From Limisphaerales bacterium (GTDB lineage Bacteria; Verrucomicrobiota; Verrucomicrobiia; Limisphaerales; SIBE01), in assembly GCA_044225505.1 (NCBI GenBank), contig JBGAIN010000084.1, positions 1-34,668 on the forward strand: a stretch of DNA of 34,668 bases. The letters are read 5' to 3'. The notes under the pieces are model-generated. The model worked only from the letters and a program-made list of their open reading frames with translations. It was not told the origin of the DNA and made no database searches. Of this stretch, positions 10,365 to 19,200 are shown one piece after another. The position numbers and the translations under genes were made by a program. Position 1 is the first letter of the stretch. The number at the start of each line of letters is the position of its first letter.

Positions 10365-12539
10365 CTACTCTCCTGGGGCCACGGCCGCCGGAGCGTTCGT
10401 CGCTCCACTCGCTTCTCCATTTGCGCCTGGACGAGGCCCACCCCGATTCCGGCGCGCTCCCCCGCCGCTGCCGCCAAAGCTCTCGCGCATCGCGGTTCGT
10501 TCTTCTTCATCCAGCTCGCCATCTCCGTTCTTGTCGAACCGCTTCAGCATCTCTTCTCGACTGAGGCGCGGTCCGCCTTGCCCCCCAGCCCGGCCAAAGC
10601 GGGCTTGCATCGCAGCTCGCATCGCCTCGCGCTCGGAGGCGTCCAGCTCACCATTCCCATCTTTGTCGAACTGCTTCATCATTTCCTCGCGGTTCGGCAT
10701 TCCAGCGGGTCCCTGACCTGGGCCCGCCTCTGCCCCCGGACCTCGTGCTGACGAAGCTAGCCGTCCCTCCGGACGCTCTCCGCCGTCCGATTGTCCATTA
10801 CTTTCTCGGTCGAAGCCTCGTCGCGGATCTGAGACCGTGCCGTTCGCTGGTTTCGATGGGTCCGCCTGGCTGGAGTTCTTGCCGTTCTCTGCGAGCCCGG
10901 ACCGATCCGGGCGATTGGCTGGGCCAGTTACCGGCGAGTTGGTTGCGTCGCGTGCTGGGGCAGGCGTTGATTTCGGCGACGACGTCCCAGGGCGGGCGGG
11001 CCCGGCGTTGGTGGCCGCTTTGGCCTTCTCTTCGGCCGAGAGCACCGCACCTTCCAGATCCTTTTCTTGAGTATCAAACGGAGGCGAGAGCAGAACACGA
11101 TCGCCTTCTTTGAGTCCGGAAGTGATTTCTATAAATTTGGTATTAAACATCCCGACTTGCACGGCCACCGGAGTGGTTTTGGATCCTTGTTGGACGTAGA
11201 CCACTTGCTTCCCTTTCAGCGTAGTCACCGCTTGTAGCGGGACCGAGAGCGCATTGCTGATGTTGGTGACGATAATCTCCGCTTGCGCCGACACGCCTGG
11301 CTTTACTCCAGGAAGCGTATCCGTAATGACTACCTCGGTGTTATACACTTTTAGGTTGGGATTCCCGAACCGGCTCTGTGAATCCGGCAGAAGAGCGACT
11401 TTTTGGACCGTGCCCTGGAACCGCTGATCTGGCATTGAATCGAGTTTGACGAAAGCCGGCTGGCCTATCTGGACCAATCCAACGTGAGATTCATGAACCT
11501 TAATCGTCACTTTCATTCTGGACGTATCGGGGAGCTTGATCAGTTCCTGTCGATTTCGCACGACCGCACCTTCCTCGATCAACGATTCACTGCTGAACCT
11601 ATTCTCGGTCATGGCGTATACCACCAAACCTTCCTGGGGAGCTTCGCGCCTTGTTGCCTCCAGATTCTTTCGGTCGCGCACAAGCTTTTTCTCGTTCAAG
11701 GCGAGCGTGTTGGACTGGCTGAGCAGGTCGGCCTGGTACTGCGCAATCTTGCGCTCGCTTTGAGCGATGACACGTTCCAATTCCTTTTTGGCCTCTTCAT
11801 AGTCCGACAGGAACTTCTGCCGTTGTTTGGGTAAATCGAACTTCTGAAGCATGAGGAGCGTATTGTTGGCGACCACAAGCGAGTTTTCGTTATTCATCAC
11901 CGCCAATCGGTCGACATCGACCTTTTGTTTCGTCTCATACCCTTTCTGCGCGAGATTCGTTGTCCAAGTGAAGTTTTCCCGGTTCACCGCCAGTTGAGCC
12001 TGGGCCTGGACGACTTTATTACTCGATTCGATCAAATCGACCATCGACTGGCCTTCGTCGAACTTGTCCAGATCCATCTTGGCAAAAGTGACTTTTAACT
12101 GAGCGGCGCGAATATCACTATTTGTGGCACTCTTTTGTATGTCCAGCTGCGCCTCAGCCTGAGCAAGGGCGAATTTGGCTTTTTCAAATGCAATCTGCTG
12201 GAGATTCACTTGGTCCTGGGCTTGCGACGAGTCCAATTCCACCAGGAGGTCTCCTTTGCGAACATAGGTTCCCTCGGGGACGATATAAATAATTCGCGCG
12301 GTCCCCTCCACTTCGTTGCGAATGATAATCTCACTCACAGCGGCCAGCGTGCCCCGGTCCAGGACAGTCACCGCGAAATCCCCCCGTTGGACCTCGTAAT
12401 AGGCAGTGGCGGCTTCGGGAGATTGGCGGCGGCCCCACCAAGTGACAAGGATGGCAAGTACGACAGCCGCAGCTCCAACCATCAGCGGATGATTGCGGAT
12501 CGCAGCAACGACAGGATTAGCAGACGAGTTTTCGCTCAT
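10365..12539 (-). CDS. Periplasmic adaptor (membrane fusion protein) with long coiled coil and C-terminal EF-hand pair
   Basis: N-terminal TM anchor, VPEGTYVRKGDLLVELD lipoyl half, long helical region and GLKEGDRV. These are followed by a disordered linker and the loops DKDGNGELDASE and DKNGDGELDEEE. Confidence 0.88.
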   Translation of the reverse strand: MSENSSANPVVAAIRNHPLMVGAAAVVLAILVTWWGRRQSPEAATAYYEVQRGDFAVTVLDRGTLAAVSEIIIRNEVEGTARIIYIVPEGTYVRKGDLLVELDSSQAQDQVNLQQIAFEKAKFALAQAEAQLDIQKSATNSDIRAAQLKVTFAKMDLDKFDEGQSMVDLIESSNKVVQAQAQLAVNRENFTWTTNLAQKGYETKQKVDVDRLAVMNNENSLVVANNTLLMLQKFDLPKQRQKFLSDYEEAKKELERVIAQSERKIAQYQADLLSQSNTLALNEKKLVRDRKNLEATRREAPQEGLVVYAMTENRFSSESLIEEGAVVRNRQELIKLPDTSRMKVTIKVHESHVGLVQIGQPAFVKLDSMPDQRFQGTVQKVALLPDSQSRFGNPNLKVYNTEVVITDTLPGVKPGVSAQAEIIVTNISNALSVPLQAVTTLKGKQVVYVQQGSKTTPVAVQVGMFNTKFIEITSGLKEGDRVLLSPPFDTQEKDLEGAVLSAEEKAKAATNAGPARPGTSSPKSTPAPARDATNSPVTGPANRPDRSGLAENGKNSSQADPSKPANGTVSDPRRGFDRESNGQSDGGERPEGRLASSARGPGAEAGPGQGPAGMPNREEMMKQFDKDGNGELDASEREAMRAAMQARFGRAGGQGGPRLSREEMLKRFDKNGDGELDEEERTAMRESFGGSGGGARRNRGGPRPGANGEASGATNAPAAVAPGE

Positions 12540-14269
12540 GGCACGGGCTCCAAAACCTGGTTGGGAAGAATGAGTTCATCCGTTGGCAAACCTGGCAACG
12601 GTCCACCGCGTCTCCGGTCCGCGGGCAACGCCGCGACGGGATCGGACAGCCAGAATTGCGCCGACGCAGTCTGCAAAATGCCAACATCAAAAAGCAACTG
12701 CAACCGAACATCGAGATAGTTGACCACGCTATCGGTGAGTTGGTTTTGCGCCAAAATCAAAGCGTCCTGGGCCTCGCGCAAATCGCGGACCTGCACCCGT
12801 CCAGCTTCCAGGAGCGTCTGGTTCATGTCGACACGCCGGGCTGCCACATCCAAGGACGCTTTGCGATTCACGTAATTCTGCCGCTGCTGCTCTAGGCTGC
12901 GAAAGCCGCGATCGATGCGATCATGCAAACCATCCAGCGACGCCACTAAGCTGCGCAATTGGGACTCGAACGAAATCAGGGTGGCGCGGTAGTTATTCCT
13001 TGCTGGCAACTTATCTACCAATCCGTCCAAGCTGACTCCAGCCTGATATCGGATCTTGTTTGGGTCAAAATTGACGTAATCATCGGGCGCTTCGGATGCA
13101 ACACTCGCGCCGGCAAACAGATTCAGACTTGGCTTGAGCTGGTCCATCGCGATCCGTGCTTTGCGCTTGCTGTCTTCAAACCTGTCGACCGCGTTCAACA
13201 AATCCAAATTCAACTCGACTGCCGCCCGAAACGCTGCGTCACTGCTCATCGAAACCGGAATCAAGCCCGCTTTCTCCAAGTCACGCAACTCCGCGTCGTC
13301 TAGATAAAGGCCGTCGGAAATAGGAATCCCAAGTCTCAGTTTGAACGCATCGAGCTGATTGAGATAAAAGGCCACCGCATTGATATAAGAGATCCGGGCG
13401 CTTAACTCCGCCGTTCTCGCGTCTTCCACGTCGGCCGCTCTGACTCTATCGACGGCCCGCGCTTCCGTGTATCGGGTGAGTTCGACGCGGCGCAAATAGT
13501 TGGTGTAATTGTTGCGGACGGTCGATTTCTGCCCCAGCAAAGTGAAATAATCATTAACGATATTGACGTCGAACTGCTTTTGATACTGGCTGAACGTTCG
13601 CACCGCATAGACCACGTTCCGCTCCGATTGCGTCAGGTTTTCAACGGTCGGATCGTTCCGGCCAAACCCGCGCAACAGCGGCTGGCTAAGGTTGACCGAC
13701 AACGTGTTGATGGCTGAATTCCTAGCTGAACCCGCAGGTTTGCCCACAAAATACCGCAGCAAATCGTTGGCTAGCGCAACACTGAGCCGACCTCCTGTCT
13801 TAAATAACTGGCTCACGCCCACTTGGCTCTGCACCGAGCCGATCTGGTTTGCCGTGCCCGTCCCGCTCGTTTCTGCCGTGCTGTTAGCCAGGAAGATAGG
13901 CGTGAACTGATAGCGCGCACCGGTCAGGCTGAGCGCCGTCAGGTAAAGCTGTTCTTTTTGGGCTTGATACTCTCGACTGCCTTCAACCGCCAATTGCAAT
14001 GCCTGGCTCAAGGTGAGCACACGTCGGTTCGTTTGCGTCCGTTCTTCAATCAAATCAGGCGCCAGAATCTCCTCCGGTTTCCGCCCGGAAAACCGCGTCT
14101 CAATCCGAAATTGGTTGGTTTCACCCAACATTTGTTTTTGCGCCTGATCGATGATGCCGTACACCTCTTTGTCCGCAGAACGACGGTAATGCGAAGCCGA
14201 ACAACCGCTCAGAATAGCGGCTCCAATCGCTCCCCCCACAACCAGGCTGAACGCTGTTTTCTTAATCAT
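12536..14269 (-). CDS. TolC-family outer membrane protein, lipoprotein
   Basis: Lipobox LSGC, LTLSQALQLA, LSQPLLRGFG and helical OEP repeats. The stop overlaps the adaptor start (ATGA). Confidence 0.85.
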   Translation of the reverse strand: MIKKTAFSLVVGGAIGAAILSGCSASHYRRSADKEVYGIIDQAQKQMLGETNQFRIETRFSGRKPEEILAPDLIEERTQTNRRVLTLSQALQLAVEGSREYQAQKEQLYLTALSLTGARYQFTPIFLANSTAETSGTGTANQIGSVQSQVGVSQLFKTGGRLSVALANDLLRYFVGKPAGSARNSAINTLSVNLSQPLLRGFGRNDPTVENLTQSERNVVYAVRTFSQYQKQFDVNIVNDYFTLLGQKSTVRNNYTNYLRRVELTRYTEARAVDRVRAADVEDARTAELSARISYINAVAFYLNQLDAFKLRLGIPISDGLYLDDAELRDLEKAGLIPVSMSSDAAFRAAVELNLDLLNAVDRFEDSKRKARIAMDQLKPSLNLFAGASVASEAPDDYVNFDPNKIRYQAGVSLDGLVDKLPARNNYRATLISFESQLRSLVASLDGLHDRIDRGFRSLEQQRQNYVNRKASLDVAARRVDMNQTLLEAGRVQVRDLREAQDALILAQNQLTDSVVNYLDVRLQLLFDVGILQTASAQFWLSDPVAALPADRRRGGPLPGLPTDELILPNQVLEPVP

Positions 14270-14832
14270 GGGCTAAGTATGACGGTCAACGCACGTTTCT
14301 GATAAGTGGAGACACTACTCAACGCCAACCAGTTACGCAATTCTTATGAAAATTTTATAAATAATCTACGGCTACTCGGGAAAGCTGCGCGTTACTCAGT
14401 CTTAACAAGGCCCCTATAGCGACCAAACCCCTCCAAAACGCCTGGTTTCGGAGCCCGTCGCCCAAACGCCGGCGGAATCGGGCGGATAAAGTCGCGGTCG
14501 GCAGTTTGGTCTCCAAGGAAGAAATTGAGATTGTTGGAGGCTCGTTCCAACGTCGCTCAGGTGGCAAGCGTCTCGCGCGGTAACCTTAAACGGCGCCACG
14601 CTCATGAACCAAAGCCGGATCTCTGCGGACGCGGCGGGTGGAACACGACGCATCTCCGTGGGAACATTCGCCAATTCGGGAACGCTCCCGAAGTTGAGCA
14701 GCAGGAACCTGATTCTCCCTCGATGGCGGGGCCGTGGTCCGACCTGTAAGATCAACGAGCGGGATCAAGCAAGCGAAATTCTGTTCAACACATTCAGAAA
14801 AGCCTTGCACCAAGACCATCCGGTTGCGTTAA

Positions 14833-15669
14833 GTGATCGACGTGCGCCCCGCGCAACCGCTGCTCTTTCCCGACCCGAAGCCACTCGTCGAGCGGCTTGG
14901 TCTGGATTTTTTCCGGTCCGTGCCGGAATGCCCTGGGGTCTACCTCATGCGCGATGCTTCAGACACAATTCTCTACGTGGGCAAAGCGAAGAATCTGCGC
15001 CGCCGGTTAGGCAGTTACCGGGTGGCAAATCCAGACCGCATGCCTCGGCGCCACTTGCGTCTGGTTCGTCTGGTTGTGCGAATTGAACTGCAGCCTTGCG
15101 CTGATGAGTGCTCGGCCCTGGCGAAGGAAGCGGAATTATTGCGATCGGTTCGACCTAGGTTCAACCGTGCTGGGACCTGGCGTCCGCCGCCCCGCTACTT
15201 CGTCTGGCGCCGCTCGGGCCAAGAGTTGCAGCTAGCTGTCACAGAGTCACCGCTCGACGGGTGGCGATCGCAGGGGCCGGTTGGAAGCATGGCAACTTTC
15301 TTGCGGCATCTGCTCGCGAAGCTGATGTGGCTGGCGGTCCATCCGCAGCGCGGACTCTCCGACTTGCCTTGCGGTTGGTTTGGTGGCCAGAACGGCCCTG
15401 AAATCTCCGTCGATTGCGGCACCGCAATCGACGCCGTCCTGGAAAACATTGATAAACTCTTTGGAGGAGCCTCTCGGGATTGTGTCAGCTGGCTACGAGA
15501 ACAGATCTGCCCGAATCTGACGCCATTTGAAGTTGGCTGCCTTGAGGCGGACTACGAGCAACTCCTGGAACGTTTCCCCGATGACCGTGCGACACCCGAC
15601 CTAATCCCCGAATCCGAGCCATTGTCGATCGGCGTTCCGGGCCGTGAACCGGAACTCCTCTCCCTATGA
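14833..15669 (+). CDS. Stand-alone UvrC/Cho-like GIY-YIG endonuclease
   Basis: PECPGVYLMRD...ILYVGKAKNLRRRLGSY...EAELL...PRFN, the UvrC N-terminal signature. No RNase H-like or HhH region. Start may be GTG at 14842. Confidence 0.85.
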   Translation: MIDVRPAQPLLFPDPKPLVERLGLDFFRSVPECPGVYLMRDASDTILYVGKAKNLRRRLGSYRVANPDRMPRRHLRLVRLVVRIELQPCADECSALAKEAELLRSVRPRFNRAGTWRPPPRYFVWRRSGQELQLAVTESPLDGWRSQGPVGSMATFLRHLLAKLMWLAVHPQRGLSDLPCGWFGGQNGPEISVDCGTAIDAVLENIDKLFGGASRDCVSWLREQICPNLTPFEVGCLEADYEQLLERFPDDRATPDLIPESEPLSIGVPGREPELLSL

Positions 15670-17345
15670 TCCGGCGACTTCTCCTCCGCTCGACCTTCGC
15701 GCTCAGTCTGGTGGTCGCTGGTTTGGAATTGGCTCACGCGGAATCATTCCCGGTTTCCATCCGGATCGATGCTAACAAGAGCCTCGGGGAATTCCGTCCC
15801 ATCTGGCGGTTTTTCGGCGCGGACGAACCCAATTACGCCTATCTTCCTCACGGCCAGAAGCTGCTCCGTGAACTGGGCGAACTCCGTCCTAAAGAAGTTT
15901 ATTTTCGAGCGCATAACCTCTTAACTTCCGGCGATGGAACCCCAGCGTTAAAATGGGGATCGACCGGGGTTTATCAGGAAAATGCGCAAGGCGCGCCCGT
16001 CTATGATTGGACAATCCTGGACCGTATCTTCGACTCGTATTTGCAGCGCGGAGTTCGCCCCTACGCTCAGATTGGCTTCATGCCACGAGATCTGTCCATT
16101 AAGCCGGAACCTTACCAACATCGCTGGACTCCTACCGCTCGCTACGACGAGATCTACACCGGGTGGGCTTACCCACCCAAAGACTACCGTAAATGGGCTG
16201 AGTTGGTCTTTGAGTGGACGCGACACTGTGTCGACCGCTACGGCGCCGATGAGGTCGCCACCTGGTGGTGGGAAGTTTGGAACGAACCAAACATTGGCTA
16301 CTGGCGCGGCACGCCCGAAGAGTTTCACAAGCTGCACGATTTCGCCATCGACGCGGTTCGGCGAGCCTTGCCAAAGGCGCGGGTAGGCGGACCTGACGTC
16401 GCTGGCCATGGGGGGAAGTTTACCCGTGACTTTCTTGCCCATTGCTTGCGCGGAACAAACTACGCCACCGGCGGGGTGGGCACCCCGCTTGACTTCGTCT
16501 CTTTTCACGCCAAAGGCGCTCCGCGCTACGTCGAGGGACACGTGCAAATGGGGATTGCAACGCACCTCCGGACCATTGACGACGGCTTCCGCATGATCGC
16601 GTCCTATCCTGAGTTGCGCGACAAGCCCATTGTCATTGGCGAGTCCGACCCGGAAGGTTGCGCGGCATGTCAAGGCCCTCAACTCGCTTACAGAAACGGG
16701 ACGATGTATTCGAGTTATACGGCCGCGAGTTTCGCGCGGAAAGCCCAGTTGGCCGAGAAACACCGTGTGAATCTTGAAGGTGCCCTGACCTGGGCGTTCG
16801 AATTCGAAGGGCAACCGATCTTCGCCGGGTTTCGATCGCTCGCAAGCCAAGGCATCGATAAGCCGGTCCTCAATGTCTTTCGCATGTTCAGTCGCATGCA
16901 AGGCGAACGATTGAACCTGGTCAGCGACGGCGAAGTGAACCTAGATGACCTACTCCGCGATGGGGTTCGAGGTAACCCAGACGTTTCTGGGATCGCGGTG
17001 CGTCAGGATCGAATCCTCACGGTTTTGCTTTGGCATTACCACGATGATGACGTCAAAGGCCCGGACGCGACCGTGCAACTTCAAATTGGCCAACTTCCGC
17101 TCTCCTCGGGAGACCTGCGAATGGAGCAGTTCCGCATTGACGCCGATCATAGCAATGCCTTCACCGCCTGGTTACGGATGGGTTCACCGCCTTCGCCAAC
17201 CTCCAGACAACTAGATGAACTCGAAGCGGCCGGACGCTTAGCGCGTTTAGCGTCGCCGGCGGTCGTCGCTGTCCAAGACTCGCGCTGCCAAATCGCGCTT
17301 ACCCTACCTCGGCAAGCCGTCTCGTTGTTGGTCCTGCGTTGGTGA
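15666..17345 (+). CDS. GH39 beta-xylosidase, secreted
   Basis: WEVWNEP acid/base motif, DFVSFHAK, IGESDP nucleophile region and a signal peptide. Confidence 0.9.
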   Translation: MIRRLLLRSTFALSLVVAGLELAHAESFPVSIRIDANKSLGEFRPIWRFFGADEPNYAYLPHGQKLLRELGELRPKEVYFRAHNLLTSGDGTPALKWGSTGVYQENAQGAPVYDWTILDRIFDSYLQRGVRPYAQIGFMPRDLSIKPEPYQHRWTPTARYDEIYTGWAYPPKDYRKWAELVFEWTRHCVDRYGADEVATWWWEVWNEPNIGYWRGTPEEFHKLHDFAIDAVRRALPKARVGGPDVAGHGGKFTRDFLAHCLRGTNYATGGVGTPLDFVSFHAKGAPRYVEGHVQMGIATHLRTIDDGFRMIASYPELRDKPIVIGESDPEGCAACQGPQLAYRNGTMYSSYTAASFARKAQLAEKHRVNLEGALTWAFEFEGQPIFAGFRSLASQGIDKPVLNVFRMFSRMQGERLNLVSDGEVNLDDLLRDGVRGNPDVSGIAVRQDRILTVLLWHYHDDDVKGPDATVQLQIGQLPLSSGDLRMEQFRIDADHSNAFTAWLRMGSPPSPTSRQLDELEAAGRLARLASPAVVAVQDSRCQIALTLPRQAVSLLVLRW

Positions 17346-17629
17346 CCGTCAGCTGTCCTGAACAAGGTGTATCCACCGTCGGGAGCATGAGCATCTGGAA
17401 ACGCCGCTCCTGTAAGGGCTCCCTCCTAGGTCTTTTCCCAACTCATTCACGTGCAGCCAGTTGCTCTGGTGACAAGAGGCCCCAAGGCCACAAGGTCTCA
17501 AAGAGCCGACCGACAGCCACCGACACTCGAGAACGCCAGCCTCAATCCTTGCATCCCCCTATCAGAAATCGTCGGGAACCGCGCGGGCTAGCGGCTGGTT
17601 CGGCGGCGTTGTCTGTGATTCTCCGACTC

Positions 17630-18355
17630 TCATCGTGGCAAAGCGGAGGCAGCGCGAATGGTAGCGGTGAACTTGACAGGACCGAATGCGCCGCCGTTCT
17701 CGCTCGGCGCCGGACTGATCAGGAAATCGACCAGTGAGCCAATTTGGAGCGTGGCGTTGACCGAATAATTCGTGCTGCCGATATAAATGGAGCCCCGCCC
17801 TTCGCTCGATGGATCAAGGGCTGCGGAAAACACCGTTGCACCGTCCACGACAATATGCACACGGCCACTATCTTTACCTCCCCAAGGCAGGATCTTGGCA
17901 ATCTGGCCGGTGAGGGTGACGGGGCCATTGACGCTGCTCATCCAGCGACGCACCGCCCAATGCTCGGCCTTGGCCTGTCGTGCCAACTTCGTCGTGCCGT
18001 TGGCGCTCGCACCCTCTGCCCATAGGGCCGTAAAGTAAAGTCCATCCTGTACAGTCCATAGCTTGCCCGTGGTGAAGTCGGTCCGACGGCTCAGCCCATT
18101 GGTCGGGTCGTCCCCAAAGTGCCTGATCCATTGAAAGTCTGTCGTCTGACCGTAGCTCTTGTCGCTATCGGCGGCGCGGTTCCAATACCCGTATGACCAG
18201 CCGTTGGCTCCCTGCTTGCCGGAGAAGCCGGTGACCGAATCCGCGACAACTTCTCGAGGGCGTAAGGGATGCGGCGTGGCATCCAGTGGTGAGTAGCGCG
18301 CGTAAACCGATAGTGCGAGCGCTGCGACCCTGACTCCTGTGGTGTATCGTCTCAT
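17630..18355 (-). CDS. Hypothetical secreted beta-rich protein
   Basis: 241-aa ORF with ATG start, signal-like N-terminus and Trp-rich segments (FSGKQGANGWSYGYWN, EHWAVRRW). It is the only long ORF in this spacer. Confidence 0.65.
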   Translation of the reverse strand: MRRYTTGVRVAALALSVYARYSPLDATPHPLRPREVVADSVTGFSGKQGANGWSYGYWNRAADSDKSYGQTTDFQWIRHFGDDPTNGLSRRTDFTTGKLWTVQDGLYFTALWAEGASANGTTKLARQAKAEHWAVRRWMSSVNGPVTLTGQIAKILPWGGKDSGRVHIVVDGATVFSAALDPSSEGRGSIYIGSTNYSVNATLQIGSLVDFLISPAPSENGGAFGPVKFTATIRAASALPR

Positions 18356-18583
18356 TGGTTTGCTGGATGCATGATGTGGTGGCGAAGGCTATATCACTTC
18401 ATCTGCATCTGGAGCTTAGCGGTTTTTACCATCCCCGGTTCTTATTGCAATCGTAATGGGCACGCCAATCGGATGAGACAAACTTCGCCGGAGAGACAGC
18501 ATCTGCGAACTCCCGTTTTGTTAGCGTTTACCACAAACTCTGAAATCGGAGAGGCCAAACCCCGTTCGAGTTCCAGTAACCTC

Positions 18584-18696
18584 TCGGGACCGCGGGTTTC
18601 AACCCGCAGAAAGCTCCGCGATGGTAGGACGCTGCCATTTCTTCGCAACGCGCTGCGCCGTTCGAAGCTTGCGGCGGAATAAATTCCGCGCTCCGA
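18584..18696. repeat. Inverted pair of short palindromic units (REP/REPIN-like)
   Basis: Left unit GGACCGCGGGTTTCAACCCGCAGAAAGCT aligns with the reverse complement of the right unit, GGAGCGCGGAATTTATTCCGCCGCAAGCT. Confidence 0.55.
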
Positions 18697-18914
18697 TGAT
18701 AGAATCCTATGAGGTCCAGCGTGTTTGAGGGCCTCTGTGTCGCAGAGACAAGTAGACATGGTGAAGGAAGTTTCAGAATCGATAACGTTACAGAACGTCG
18801 CTAGCAACGATTTCCAGGGCCGATTCTTCCGCAAAGTGAGAAGGCGGTAGGCGACAAGTCTCCCCAGTCACAACGTCATTGGGACCGAACCGCCCCCCCA
18901 ACTCTCGCATGGGA

Positions 18915-18933
18915 TGGTGACAAAAAGTCACCA
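18915..18933. promoter_or_regulatory. Perfect inverted repeat TGGTGAC-N5-GTCACCA (candidate operator)
   Basis: 7-bp arms with a 5-bp A spacer, in the divergent spacer upstream of the PSD1 operon. Confidence 0.35.
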
Positions 18934-19200
18934 AATCACGGCCGCGCACCGGCGGCTGGATCCCGTGCGACCGGCTTTCCGCCTCGGTGCTCCGGCGAGG
19001 CGACTGACGTGGTTCGTCCGCAAATTGCGGACGACAGTCGGCGCGACCGATCCGAGGCGGGCTTCGCGTCTGCCTTCTATCATTTTAGCGACCTCCAGCC
19101 CTCTCTTTTCGGCTGGTGTCAGGTTTCCTTTTTCGATACGGTCCGGGTTACATCGGAGTGCAGGTCTCAGCTCTGCGCCGGTGATCACCAGTCCAGAACC

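Noticed and set aside
14690..14745. GAACCTGAT as part of a TPP riboswitch
   Set aside because: CTGAGA and the other conserved elements are missing, and the downstream gene is unrelated.
14653..14798. LexA box upstream of the GIY-YIG gene
   Set aside because: The best match to the Verrucomicrobia motif TGTTC-N4-GAACA is 8/10 and about 170 bp away (14653-14666). The TGTTC at 14782 lacks a second half-site, and CTG-N11-CAG has the wrong spacing.
14833..15669. GIY-YIG gene as a homing endonuclease or mobile element
   Set aside because: Signature is UvrC-type, and no intron context, terminal repeats or target duplication were seen.
15948..16901. 317-aa antisense ORF and similar shadow ORFs elsewhere
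   Set aside because: Opposite-strand shadows of well-supported genes, expected in GC-rich DNA.
19009..19200. N-terminal extension of the PSD1 ORF
   Set aside because: Overlaps the hairpin region; the signal peptide begins at 19201/19210.
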